Shown here piece by piece: positions 36,667-48,914 of a stretch of DNA of 64,000 bases (positions are counted from its first letter, which is position 1; each line of letters begins with the position of its first letter). The notes below the pieces were generated by a model. That model made no database searches. It had not been told where the DNA came from and worked only from the letters and a program-made list of their open reading frames with translations. The position numbers and the translations under genes are program-made. Source of the DNA: Cyanophora paradoxa CCMP329 (Eukaryota; Plantae; Glaucophyta); NCBI GenBank assembly GCA_004431415.1, contig QPMI01000170.1, positions 151,622 through 215,621 on the forward strand. Direction: 5' to 3'.

Positions 36667-38219
36667 AACGCCGCCGCGGCGCCCGGCGCCGCCCCGCGCC
36701 GCCCGGGCGGCCGCCAGCGCCGCCCCACGCCGCCGCCCGCCGCCCCGGCGGCCCCGCGCCGCCTGGGCGTCTGCCCCACGCCGCCCCGCGCCGCACCACG
36801 CCGGCACGCGCAGCCCAGGCGGCCGCCCCGCGCCGCCCCGCGCCGCCCCGCGCCGCCCCGCGACGCCCCGCGACGCCCCGAGCCGCCCCGCGCCGCCCGC
36901 GCCGCGCGGGCGGCCGGCAGCGCCGCCCCGAGCCGCCGAGCCGCCCCGCGCCGCGCGGGCGGCCGGCAGCGCCGCCCCGAGCCGCCGAGCCGCCCCGCGC
37001 CGCGCGGGCGGCCGGCAGCGCCGCCCGAGCCGCCGAGCTGCCCCGCGCCGCGCGGGCGGCCGCCAGCGCCGCCCCGCGCCGCCCGCGCCGCCCCGCGCCG
37101 CCCGCGACGCCCCGAGCCGCCCCGCGCCGCCCCGCGCCGCGCGGGCGGCCGGCAGCGCCGCCCGAGCCGCCGAGCCGCCCCGCGCCGCGCGGGCGGCCGG
37201 CAGCGCCGCCCCGAGCCGCCGAGCTGCCCCGCGCCGCGCGGGCGGCCGCCAGCGCCGCCCCGCGCCGCCCCGCGCCGCCCCGCGCCGCCCCGCGCCGCCC
37301 CGCGCCGCGCGGGCGGCCGGCAGCGCCGCCCCGAGCCGCCCCGCGCCGCCCCGACCCGCCCCGCGCCGCCCCGCGCCGCTCCGCGCCGCCGCCGCGCGGG
37401 CGGCCGCCAGCGCCGCCCCGCGCCGCCCCGAACCGCCCCGCGCCGCCCCGCGCCGCGCGGCGGCCGGCAGCGCCGCCCGAGCCGCCCCGCGCCGCCCCGC
37501 GCCGCGCGGGCGGCCGGCAGCGCCGCCCCGAGCCGCCCCGCGCCGCCCCGAGCTGCCCCGAGCTGCCCCGCGCCGCGCGGGCGGCCGCCAGCGCCGCCCC
37601 GAGCCGCCGAGCCGCCCCGCGCCGCGGGGGCGGCCGGCAGCGCCGCCCGAGCCGCCCCGCGCCGCCCCGAGCCGCCCCGCGCCGCCCGCGCCGCCCCGCG
37701 CCGCTCCGCGCCGCCGCCGCGCGGGCGGCCGCCAGCGCCGCCCCGAGCCGCCGAGCCGCCCCGCGCCGCCCCGCGCCGCCCCGAGCCGCCCCGCGCCGCC
37801 CCGCGCCGCCCGCGCCGCTCCGCGCCGCCGCCGCGCGGGCGGCCGCCAGCGCCGCCCCGCGCCGCCCGCGCCGCCCCGCGCCGCCCCGCGCCGCGGGGGC
37901 GGCCGGCAGCGCCGCCCCGAGCCGCCCCGCGCCGCCCCGAGCCGCCCCGCGCCGCCCGAGCTGCCCCGAGCTGCCCCGCGCCGCGCGGGCGGCCGCCAGC
38001 GCCGCCCCGCGCCGCCCCGCGCCGCCCCGCGCCGCCCCGCGCCGCGGGGGCGGCCGGCAGCGCCGCCCCGAGCCGCCCCGCGCCGCCCCGCGCCGCGCGG
38101 GCGGCCGGCAGCGCCGCCCCGAGCCGCCCCGCGCCGCCCCGACCCGCCCCGCGCCGCCCCGCGCCGCTCCGCGCCGCCGCCGCGCGGGCGGCCGCCAGCG
38201 CCGCGACGCGCCGCGCCGT
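36667..38219. repeat. About 1.55-kb almost pure G+C minisatellite
   Basis: Arrays of GCCGCCCCG(C/A) 10-mers are punctuated by GCCGCGCGGGCGGCCG(G/C)CAGC units, with higher-order duplication (about 37345-37415 and 38133-38203). Confidence 0.92.
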
Positions 38220-39315
38220 CCCACTGGGGCCACGCCGCCTTATTGGCGCCCTGCCGATGCTGCATCAGCGTGATGCGCGCGTGAACGCGGCGGCGGGACA
38301 GCCTGGCAGGGCGAGGCGAGGTCGAGGCCAGTGTGCGTGCTGCTCGTTGTTATGCGCACTATGTCGTTGATCATACTACGTCGCTGTCAACGAGACGAAC
38401 GAGGGCGACACCTCCCGCCGCTTCTTGCACTCCGCGCCGCTCTTGGCCGCCCATGCAACGGCGCTGGCTCCTTGGATCTTGTCCGCGGACTTCTTGTGCT
38501 TGCTTCTTGTCTATGGGCTTCTTCAACCTGAAGGCGCCCGACGCGCCCTACTGCGGCGCGGGGGTCAGCGCTGTGCGGGAAGGCGAACGAACGCCGCTGC
38601 GGCCGCTTTTAAGCAGCGCAGCGAACACGCCATCCTGGTAGCCGCTGAGCGCCGTTGAACACGCATGCGCACCAGAACGCAGCAGCACCGTGGCACGGGC
38701 CACGGCCGCGCGCGGCCGGCCGACGCTCCCGGCCGACGCTCGCTTGCTGCTGCTAACTAGGGTAGGCGGCAGCTGCTGCTGCAGCGGCAGCGCGCGCCGC
38801 CCCGAGCGGCCTCCCTGGGCGGCGCCCTGATCATGAGCGGCCGGGCGCGGGGTTCCCCTGATCATCGCCCAAGTCCAATTTTTTTCGGGGTTCGCGATCG
38901 TGTGGCGAGCGAATCCCGTTGGCTGACGGAAAATTTTTCTGCTTCCAGGGCGGACGCCCTGCTTACCCAAGCTAGAGATTGATGAGCACTTTCTAATCGT
39001 TCTAACCGCGCGACGCCTTGAGCAAGCTGTGCGGAGCGGGAGCAAACCGAAGGATTGCAGCCTTCGCTGCGGCGATTTCATCCCGGGGGTTGAACTTGGG
39101 GGGTGAAAGCGGGATACACGAATTTGTTTTTTGACTCGAGGTCTTAGGACTTGACGTCAAATTGCCGGTTCGACGGTTTCGCTGTCGTGACTCGGAGGTT
39201 TTTTGGGCTCCAAGTTGACGTGACACGGAGGTTGTTGGCTCCTAGAGTCCTAGACTCGGCTCCTAGCGCAAACCTCCGGCGAAGTTCTTCCCCATACAAG
39301 CGTATCGCTGTGTAG

Positions 39316-39670
39316 AGCTATAGCTAGTACGTATACTAGGTTACCAGGCTGGGGCCAGACTAGATCAGAGAGCTACGAGCGCCCCCAATTGCGCGTGCAA
39401 GATTACGAGCACAGATGAGAATTACGATAAGAGCCCAGACGATAAGAGCTAAGATAAGAGCTAAGCCGAGAAGTCAGCGGGGCAGCGAAACCGTTTCAAG
39501 TTTGAACTTCGGAACTACGATTATAATTACGATCGCCTAGCTACTAGGCTATATATATATAGAATTACGACCGAGAAGCCCTTGAAGGGGGGTCGAAGGT
39601 CTAGAATTACGATCGTCTGGGCTGTTGTTATATAATTACGATCGGAAGAATTACGATCGCTAGAGCCAGA
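39316..39670 (+). repeat. AATTACGA-motif dispersed repeat, right part
   Basis: At least 6 AATTACGA copies. 39406-39609 matches the reverse complement of 42417-42553. Confidence 0.75.
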
Positions 39671-40295
39671 GTCCGCCCTTGCAACTTGTAGACAGAGAGT
39701 TACGAACAGGGGGTACACGTACGCACGCGAGTCGACGCAGCACCTCTCCGATCGCGAGCGGCGAAACGCAGCACACGCAGCGCAGGACTCCGGGACGTGG
39801 ACGCGGGGCGGAGGATGAAGCCCGTCCGGCTCGCCCCGCTGGGGCCGCTCCCCTTTCCGGCGCCGGCTGCCCCGGCGGCAGGCCCCTCGGGCTCGTTGCC
39901 CGCAGACCCCTCTAGCCCCCCCTCGTCCCCATCGCGATCGTAGTTTGTAGGAACCCCAGGGGGAAGTTGCGCGCCCCCCTTCAGAGGGCCCTGCCTGCGT
40001 CGTCCGCGGCTTCTCGCCCCCGTAGTTAGCACCGCCGCTTCTAGCCTGCGTTGTCCGCGGCTGGTATGCCAGTGTTATCAATGTGCAATCCTTAGCCAAG
40101 ACTGTGCCCCGAATATACGGTTATTATATACCGCAGCCGCTGAGCTGCAGCGCCCTGTACCCGCCGCCGCCGCGCCACGCGCCTAGCCGAGTCGCCGCAA
40201 CGCTCGTGCAGTAGCCCTCGAGCATCTGGAGATCTCTTCCAGAGTGCTTCGCAAACTGCAGTTGCGACCAACCGCGCAGCTGCAGGGGGGCGGGC

Positions 40296-41706
40296 CTAGT
40301 CCTGATCGAGGTTGATGTCCTCCTCGGGGGGCGCGTCCGCCGCCTTCGGGGGCGCATCGGACGCCTCGACCTGCATGACAGAGCCTCAGCCGATATTTGT
40401 GTCAGAGAGGGGGCTGTGGGACGCGCCGCCGCGGCGTCACCCTCGACGCCCGGTGCGGGGGGCTCGGCAGCTTGCGCAGCGCCCTCCTCGCCAGCCGCCT
40501 CCTTCTTGCTCGCCGAGTCCTCCGCTTCCTGGGGCTTGGGCGGCGGGCCGCCGCGCCGGCGCCGCGGCTCGGCGTTCGCCACCTCCTGAGGGGCGGTCAG
40601 GGTCAAGCGGTCAGGATCGAGACGTTTCCGCTCCCACGCACGGGGAATTTATCGTGCGACCACTTGTCGCTGTCGGGACCGTCGCGTCCAAAATAGGTGG
40701 GCACGCCTGTGCGAAGGGGTGACGCTGCGGCCAGGACAGAAGGCGGGGGTAGGAGACGCGAGCTCGAGCGCACCCATGCCTCCGCGGCGCTTGTCGTCTC
40801 CAGCGCGATCGTCTGTACGAGAGAAAAATCGCACGAAAGAATAACGAGGGTGAGCATCAGGAGCACCGTGCAGGAAGTAGCGACCGCCGCGGGGCACGAC
40901 GTAATCCGTCTCAGGATTGCGCTCGACGGGGCGAGGCGGGCCGTTAGGGCGGCCGACGGCGGGACGCGTGTACCCATCGTCCCGGAAGCCGCTGAACCTG
41001 TGGAAGCTGTCGCCGCCGGGCGGGCCGCCGGAGCTGCCGCCCGACCGGAACCCGCCGCGCTCCTCGTGGCGCGAGGGCGGGGCGTTCCGGAAGCGGTCGT
41101 CGTGCACTGTGCAGCGTTCGAATGCGCGTACAATTGCTGCGGAAACGGAGGGGCGCACTGTAGCCGCCCCGGGGCCGGTCGTCGGTGCGTGGGCGTACGT
41201 CCCGATCATCGCGGTCACCGCGCGTGATCGTGCTCATTGGCCGCTTGCGGTCGTCGCGCCTGTCGTCGAAACGATCGTCCCGCCGGCGGTCGTCGCGTGG
41301 CGGGCTTCGTCGCCGGTCGTCGCTGCTGACCAACGTAAGCGGGTGCAGGCCTCACGAGGTCCGGCCGAACGAACCGCCCTTCGACCCTGCGGACGATAGA
41401 AGCATAAGCTTGCTTGCAACAAACGAAGAAGCCAGGCGGGCAAACCGTGAAATTGTCGAGCGGACCGACGGGCGATCCCCGCGCGGGGGCGGGGGGCTCC
41501 TCCGCGCGGGCGACCGTCGGCTGCTCCCGCGAGGAGGCGATCGACTGCGCCGACGGTCATCGCGCTCGTCCCTGGAACGACTGCGCGAAACGAGCTCAGC
41601 AGCCGGCATCCAATCTGGAGAGCGGCTGCTCCGCTTACCGCCAGTCTGGAGAGCGGCTGCCCCGCTTACGTTCTGGGCTCCGCCTGCGCTCGCGGTCCGC
41701 GTACAT
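40296..41706 (-). CDS. Btz-domain protein (CASC3/MLN51/Barentsz-like) with an RS/RD-rich N-terminus
   Basis: RS-rich exons, then NPETDYVVPRGGRYFLH|DDR and DKWSHDKF, the hallmark Btz/SELOR blocks. Confidence 0.75.
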
Positions 41707-41914
41707 TTTCGACGTGTGTATCCCTACCCCGCTCTCCCCCCCGGTCTGACTCTCATCTGGCGCACCGGCGCGCAAGAGGCACCGGTTTGCGCGTAGTTCG
41801 TAGCTCGACTGAGTACAGTCACGGCTTCCAGCCGCCAGCGACCGCTCGATCAAACCGCTCGACCGCCAGCGAGCGTACAGCGGTAGCGCGGCACGGCTCA
41901 GCTTCGCGCACGTG

Positions 41915-44900
41915 ATGGATGCGTGGAAGAAGGCGCGCCGCCTGCCCGCGCGCCGTGTCGCCGTGTGCCGAAGTGCTCAGTGCTCATTCGAAAGCGCGCC
42001 GTGTCGTCGTGTGCCGTGTGCAGTTCCAGCAAGAGCGCGAGGAGGCCGAGCGCAAAGAGCGAGAGGACAAGCAGCGCCGTATCCGGGTCTGTCCGCGGCA
42101 TTTCGCTCTTTTTCTGGGTTGACACTCAGCTCGCATTCACAGGAAGAGATTGCGAGGACCAACGCGGTAGCTGCAGGCCGCGGCGCAGCCGAGGAGGCCC
42201 TGCAGCGCGAAAAGGATGCGCTCGCCATGCCCGTAATCGAGAGCTCGGGCGTGCGGCCCGTGATTAAGACAGGTACATTCGCGCGGCGCCATTCAGCGAC
42301 GCGTCCGCGTTCACGCGGGGCGCGCGCAGCATCAGTCGAGGGCGCTGCGGGTGCGGAAAAGAAGGGAATGTCGTCTTCTTTCGTCCGCACCAGCTCTCGC
42401 TCGACACGTGCGGCGCTAATTCTAGGCCTTCGACCCCCCTTCAAGGGCTTCTCGGTCGTAATTCTAGGCGATCGTAATCGTAGTTTCGCTGCCCCGCTGA
42501 CTTCTCGGCTTAGCTCTTATCTTAGCTCTTATCGTAATTCTCATCTGTGCTCGGCCGGGGCTAAGGCCAGCGCAGCGGCGGCCGCCGCCGGCGACGCGGA
42601 CGTGTCGCACGAGGAGCAGAAGAAGGTGCGCGAGGCCGCCACCGCGCTGCCCGCGCCGCTCGGCCGCTGAGTGAGCGGCAGATCCTCGACAGTGACATTC
42701 AGAGCCTCGCCGCTGGCGGGGCGGTCAAGCGGGCCAAGGAGGCGGCCCTCGCCGGTGCCCGCCCGGCGGCCCGACAGCCGGCGCGTCTCCGGCTGAGAGC
42801 GGGGCAGCGATCCAGGCGGAGCAGGCGAGCGCGCGGCCGGCGGTGGCGGCGAAGATCGCGGAGGTGGCGCCCGGGGAGTGCCGGCACGCCGGCGGCGAGC
42901 GCGTCTCCATCCGGGGCGCGGGGCTCGTCGCGCCGGGCTCGCCCGCCGAGGACCTCCAGGCCCGCCGCCGCGCCCCCGCCCGCCCTTCCTCCTCCCCCCG
43001 AGGCGCCGGCCGCCGCGCAGGTCACGCTCGCCGGCTGCCCCGTCGCCGAGGTCGTCTCCGCGTCCGAGTCCGAGGCGCGCCGGCCGCCGCCCGCCCCCGC
43101 CCCTCGCCCCCGCCCCTGAGCCGGCGGCAGATCGTCGTGGTGGCCGGCCCGGGGGCGGGGGCCGGGGCCGGGGCCGGGGACGTCTCGGTGAAGTGCAAGG
43201 GGCGGGCGGTGGCCGTGAAGAAGGCGGCCTTCAGGTACCGCCCGGCGCCGTCAGTGAGCGGGGTGGAGCCGGCGGAGGGCCCGCTGGCCGGGGGCGAGGA
43301 GGTGCGCGTGGCAGGGGCGAACCTGTGCGACGCGGGGGACCCGGGCGACCTCGAGCGGGTCGAGCTCTGCGGCGTGCCCCTCGCCGCCCTCGCCCCGGCC
43401 CCCGACGGCTCCCTCGTCGGCAAGCTCGGGGCCTGCCCCGGGGCGCCCGGCCGCGGGGACGTCGTCGTCGTCTCGAGGAAGTTCGGGACGGCGCGCCTCG
43501 CCGGCGGCTTCGCCTACCTCCCGCGCGGCCGCGTCGCCGCCGTGGAGCCGGCGGCGGGGCCCCTCGCCGGCGGCACCCGCGTGCGCCTCTCGGGCGAGAA
43601 CCTCTGCCGCGGCCCGAGGACCTCGTCGAGGCCCGCCCTGCCCCCGTCCCCGCCGCCGCGCCGCGCCCCGGGGCTCGCCGAGCGCTCGCGGGGCGCAGGT
43701 CTCGGTGGCGGGCGTGCGGGCCGCCGCCGTCTTCGTGGCCCGCGAGGCCGAGGTCGTCTTCGAGGTGCCCCGCCCCCGGCCCGCCCCCGCCCCGCCCCCG
43801 CCCCGCCCCGCCCCGCCTCAGCCGGCCCCGCCAGGTGCCCGACCTCTCGAGCCTCGCGCCCGGCAAGGCGGACGTCGCGCTCCGCTCGCGCCGCTTCGGG
43901 GAGACCGTCGCAAAGCAGGCCTTCACCACCCACCGCCGTGCGCCCCCCTCCCCGCCGCGCCTTGCCCAAGTGCGCGCGGGGCGGGCGGTGAGCGGGGGCG
44001 GCAGCGGGGGAGGTGCGGGAGGTGGCGCCGCAGGTGGGACCCCTCGGGGCGGCGGCGAGGTGCACGTGCGCGGCGTCCGCCTCTGCGCCTCCTCCGCCGA
44101 GGGCGCCGCCTGCCTCGCCGCCGTCCGCCCCGCGCCCCCGCTCCGCCTCGCCGCCCCGTTGAGCGGGCGGGGCGGGGCGGGGCAGGCCGGGGGCGACCTG
44201 GAGGGGGTGTGGCTCTGCGGCGTCCCGCCAAGGCGATCGTGCGCTGCTCGCCGGAGGCGGTGACGGTCGTCGCCGGCAGCGCCGCCGCCGCCGGCGTCGC
44301 CCCCGGCGCAGGCGACGTCGCCGTCGTCTCGCGGACGCACGGCAGGGCGCGCCCCGCCCCGCCGCCCTCGCGGCGCCGCCTCTGACGGGACGGGGGCGGG
44401 GCCAGGCGGTGCTGGCGGGGGCCTTCACGTACGCGGCGGCCTCGCACGGCGCCGCCGCCCTCGCCGCCACGCGGGCGGTGCGCTGGCGCCGGCCCCGCGG
44501 GGAGGGCGGGGAGTGAGGGGGCGGGGCAGGAGCACGAGGCGGAGCTGGAGGCGGCGCGGCAGCAGCGCAAGAGCGACGCCCTCGGCGACCTCCCCTCCCG
44601 CCGTCCGCCCCCGCCCCCGCGCGCAGGCTCCCCGGCACCACAGCACGCTCACGAGGAGGCGCAGGCATCGTGACCGAGCGGCGGGAGGAGCTCATGTCGC
44701 GCGTGCGAGCCCTCCTCGGCAAGGCGGTGCGCGCGGGCGCCGCCGGGGCCGGCCCCGGGGCGCGGCGGCGGCTCACGGGGGCGCGCGTGGGCAGCCGGTG
44801 GGGGAGGCGGAGCGGGCGGAGTGCGCGGCTGCCGCCCACGAGCTGCTCATGCAGGAGCTCGACGCCGTCCGCTCCAGCCGTCCGCCCCGCCCCGACCCGG

Positions 44901-47861
44901 GCCGCCCCCGGGCGCGCCCAGGAGGCCTCGCTGAGGCGGGGCGGCGGCGCAGGCTCGGGGCGGAGCAGCGAGTTCCGCAAGTTCCAGGAGGAGCGGGAGA
45001 AGGCGGCTGCCTCGGAGCGGCAGCGCCTCTCCTCCGGCCTCTACGACGACCTCGCCGCCAGGAGTCCGCCCCCGCCCGCCCCCCGCCTCGGCCAGGCCCG
45101 CCTCGTCGCTCCTGACGGCGGGCGGGGCGCAGAGGCGGTCTCGACGGGGAAAGAGGTCGCCAGCGAGCGCATGGCCGCCGCCCGCGCCCGCGCCGGTGCG
45201 TCTCGCAACGAGCCGCCACCGTCAGCGCCCGCTGATTCCCTCCTCAGACCGCATCCTCCCGACCCGCCGCCTGCGCCTCGGCGCCGAGCCGGAGGCGCCG
45301 GCGGCGCCGGAGCGCGCGGGGCGGGCGGGGCGGGGGCCCCCGGGCCCCGACGAGCGCCGGCGCGCGCAGCTGCTCTTCGCAGAGAAGGCGCGCCGCCCCG
45401 GGCCGGCCGCGGGGAGGGGCGCGGGGTGACGCGCGGGGGCAGGTGGCGGCGATGCGGCGGGCGAAAGAGGCGGCGCTCGCCGCCCGCATCGACTCCCCGC
45501 CGCCGGTCCCGCCCCGCCCCGCCACGCTTGCGCCCCGCTGAGCGGCGCGCAGAGGCGACGCTGGAGGAGGCCGTGGCGGGGGCGGCGGAGCCGGTGGCCG
45601 GGCCGGGGGCGCTGCCCGTGCCGGACCCGCGCTGCTCGTACCTCGACGGCCCGGGGGCGACCTGCGGCACCGCCGCCGCCGTCACCCTCTACCTCCGCGA
45701 CGCCTCCCGCCGGTGCCCGGGGCCCGCCCGCCCGGCCCGGCCCGCCCTCGCGTGACGGCGGCCCCGGCAGGCACCTGTGGAGCGGGGCGCGGGGCGGGGC
45801 AGCGGTGGAGGCGCGGGTGCGGGGGCCCCAGGGGCACCAGCTGCCGGCGGTGGTGCACGACAACCGGGACGGGAGCTACGCGATCAGCTTCCGGCCCCGC
45901 GAGGAGGACCTCCCCGCGGCGGCGCCGGCGGCCTCGGCGCGCTACGAGGTGGAGGTGACCCTCGGCGGCCGCCCCGTCGGCAACTCGCCGCTGCCCGTGC
46001 TCGTGACGCGGCCGGCGCTGGGGGCGGCGGGGACCATCGAGGACGTCGTCCAGTCGGACCTCGGCTACAGCGAGGAGGAGATGGCCGCCTGCCGCCGCTT
46101 CGACGGCGTCGAGTACGCGGAGGGCGGCCTCGCCCTCGACCTCGCCCTCGTCCTCGACTGCACCAACTCCATGCAGCCGTACATCGACGAGGCCCGCCCC
46201 GCCCCGCCCCGCCCCGCGCCTGCGGCCTGACGCGGTGGCGCCTCAGATGAAGCGGACGCTGGCGGAGGTGGGGCGGCTGGTGCGGGAGCTCTCGCCGCTG
46301 CTCGGCAAGGGCCCCGACGCCCTCCGCGTCGCCCTCGTCGCCTACCGCGACCACCCCGAGCCCGGGCGGCCCCCCGTGCGCCACCCCCCGCCCCCCGCCT
46401 CCCCGCCCTCACGCTGGCGGGCAGGAGGCCGGGGCGTGGCTGGTGAAGACGCGGCCGCTGGGGGCCGACCTGGACGGCCTCGCCGCGGAGCTTGACGGGC
46501 TCCAGGAGGCCGGGGGCGACGACAGGCGCGCCCCGTCCCGCCCCTCTTGAGGGCGGCCGCTGAGGGCGGGCGGGGGGCAGCCCGGAGGCGTGCGAGGACG
46601 CGCTGGCGGCGCTGGCGCGGCTCGAGTGGCGCCCCGCCGCCGCCCGCCTCGCCGTCCTCGTCTCCGACGCCCCCGGCCACGGCGCCATGCTACCCGACGC
46701 CCTCAAGTGGGACCGCTACCCCCAGGGCCCGCCCCCTCCCCCCTTCGCCCCACACCGCCCCGCCCCGAGCGCCAAGGGGCCGGCCGGCAGGGGGCCCGAC
46801 GGGGCTGGCGTGGGAGGTCGAGTGCGAGCGTCTGCGCCGCGCCGGCATCGCGCTCTGCAGGTGCCTTCGAGGGCCCCGGGCGCCCCTCGGGCGCCCCCAC
46901 GCCGCCCCGGCTCACTGTGGCCCGGCAGCGTGGACTGCTCGTACGACAACGGCCTCGCCTACCTCGAGTACGTCGAGAAGCAGGGGCGCGCCCACTTCGC
47001 AGCCCAGGCGCGCCGCACGCTGCCCCGCCGGCCTCCGAGCGGAAGCGGGGGCGGGGGCCTGAGGGGGCGGCAGGACACGGGGGAGGCGAGCGGGGCCGAG
47101 CTGGACGACGCGTGGCGCCGCTCCGTGCGGGCCTACTACACCTCCATCATGCTCTTCCTCCGTCCGCCCGCCCCCTCCACCCTCCCGGCCTCGACGCCTC
47201 GCTGAGGCGCCGGGCAGGGGCGGCGGCGGAGACGACGGGCGGGGCGTGGCTGCCGGTGGCGGGCGGGGCGCCGCACCAGGCGGGTCGCGCTGGGCGCGCA
47301 GTGCCTCGGGGTCCCCTGATGCGCGCGGCGTCAGGTATCGGCGGCGCTGTACGCGCACGCGGAGGCGGCGCTGGACCGCGCCCGCTTCGAGGCCCTCGTC
47401 GCCGCCCGCGCCGTCGACCTCCGCGAGGCCCGCGCCCCCGCCCCGACGCCCCCGCCCCGCCTCACCCCGCCCCCGCAGGCCCTCCTCCGCCTCCCGAGCG
47501 TGGCGGAGCGGCGGCGGCACCTGCTGGGGGCGCTGCGGGCAGAGGGGCGCGGGTGCGGCGGGTGGCGGAGGAGGGGCCGATCCGCGTGCTACGCTTCGCC
47601 CCCGTGGAGGAGGCCGACGTCGAGGTCCGCCCCGCGCCCCCCGCCCCCGCCCGAGGAGCCCACTGCACGCCCCCTCCGCCCCCGCTGCGGGCCCGTGCTC
47701 CCCCCGCCTCCCCCGCCTGACGCCCCCGCCAGGCGGCCGTCTCCGCCCTCCTCGCCCGCTGCCGCGCCATCGAGCGCGCCCCGACGCGCCGCGCCGCCCT
47801 CGACCGCCTCGCCGCCGCCGGCGGGGCCCTCCTCGCCGTTGCCGACGCCTTCGAGCCCTAG
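41915..47861 (+). CDS. Large multi-exon protein: coiled coil, about 4 IPT/TIG repeats, filamin repeat and vWA domain
   Basis: VSGVEPAEGPLAGGEEVRVAGANL and VAAVEPAAGPLAGGTRVRLSGENL (IPT). SYLDGPG...VHDNRDGSYAISFRP...YEVEVTLGGRPVGNSP (filamin). LDLALVLDCTNSMQPYIDE...RVALVAYRDH...SDAPGHG (vWA MIDAS). Confidence 0.8.
42417..42553 (-). repeat. Inverted, compact copy of the AATTACGA repeat inside an intron
   Basis: The reverse complement aligns to 39406-39609 apart from 4 gaps. It lies between a GTCCGC donor (about 42383) and an AG acceptor (about 42570-75). Confidence 0.8.
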
Positions 47862-48023
47862 CCGCGCCCCCGGGGCCCCGGCGCCGCGCGCGTCGGCTGC
47901 GCTGTGCGCTCCGCTATGCGCTCGGCTGCGTGGTGGACGAGTGCGCCCCGGTGTGGGCGCGCGGCTGCACTTGCGATACACACAGGCATACATAAGTTAC
48001 TCGGAGGGGGAGGCGTCAGGGGG

Positions 48024-48914
48024 TCAGGGCGTGAGGGCGGCGGGGGAGACGGGCTGGAAGGGCGAGGAGGGGGCGTGCGTGATGCCGCCAGCGACGCGGA
48101 GCGGGGCGGTGAAGCGGGCGGAGGGGGCGGGGCTGGTGCGGGGGGAGATGGCCTGCGGGGCGGGGAGGGAGGCGAGGGAGGCGGCGGGCGAGTTGGAGCT
48201 GGAGGCGGCGAGGGCCTGCGGGAGCTCGGGGAGGGCCACCCCGGGGGGCCCCTCCGCCGGCCGGAAGTACGGCGAGCTGTGCCGCGCACTCTCCAGCGGC
48301 GGCAGCGCCCGCCGCCCCGCGCTCCCCGCGCTCACCGACGACTCCGTGCGGGGCAGGGCCTTGATCGGCGGCAGCGGCTGCTTCTGCCCCGCCCCGAACG
48401 AGGCGCTCCGCCCCAGCTCCCCCGCCGGCTTCGCCGAGCCGCGGAAGCCCTTCAGCGGCGCCAGCTGGTCGCCTCCCGCCGGCGGCGGCGGCGACGGCTC
48501 CGGGGCGGCGCCGGGGAGGGGATCCGGCGGAGGCCGCGGGGTCGACTCCTCCGGGAGACCGGAGGCCGCGTAGTGGCCATGGCGGTTCGCAGCGCGGTCC
48601 GCGTCGAAGCCCAGGAGCGGGTTCGTGTGCCCGCCCGCCGTCTGCGACGCGATGATGTCCTCGATCCCCGGCGGGCCACGCGGAGAGGGCGCTGCCGCGT
48701 TCTGCTCGATTGCGTGCAGACGCTCAGCTGCGGGCGAGGGCTGCGCGGAGAGGGGAAGCGGGAGATGCTCTCACCTGCGTTATGGAGAGCAGCTGCAGCT
48801 GCAGCCCTGGCAGGTTCGGCTCTAGTGTGACCTGCGAGGGGCCGTGTCACTGCGATGTCAACAGCACCCCGGGGGGCGGGCTCACCGTCGTCTTGCGCTG
48901 CAGCGCATTGCCAT
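48024..48914 (-). CDS. Hypothetical Pro/Ser-rich protein with small 5' exons
   Basis: ATG at 48914, GT...CAG-bounded segments and coding-like codon usage at 48024-48575. No domain was recognised. Confidence 0.35.

Larger units (their letters stand above)
29815..39312. mobile_element. 9.5-kb non-autonomous TIR DNA transposon (CAC-initial ends, 3-bp TSD; CMC/EnSpm-like)
   Basis: 45-bp TIR CACAGCG(G/A)TACGCTTGTATGGGGAAGAACTTCGCCGGAGGTTTGC at 29815-29859 and 39268-39312 (1 mismatch). TAG flanks both ends (29812-14 and 39313-15). No transposase was recognised. Confidence 0.88.

Noticed and set aside
36629-38265. 534-aa and 542-aa Gly/Ala/Arg ORFs
   Set aside because: They are translations of a stop-free GC satellite, with no evidence of coding function.
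29685-39660. CRISPR-like array from the recurring GAATTACGA motif
   Set aside because: The repeat is only 8-11 bp with irregular spacing, the context is eukaryotic, and there are no cas genes.
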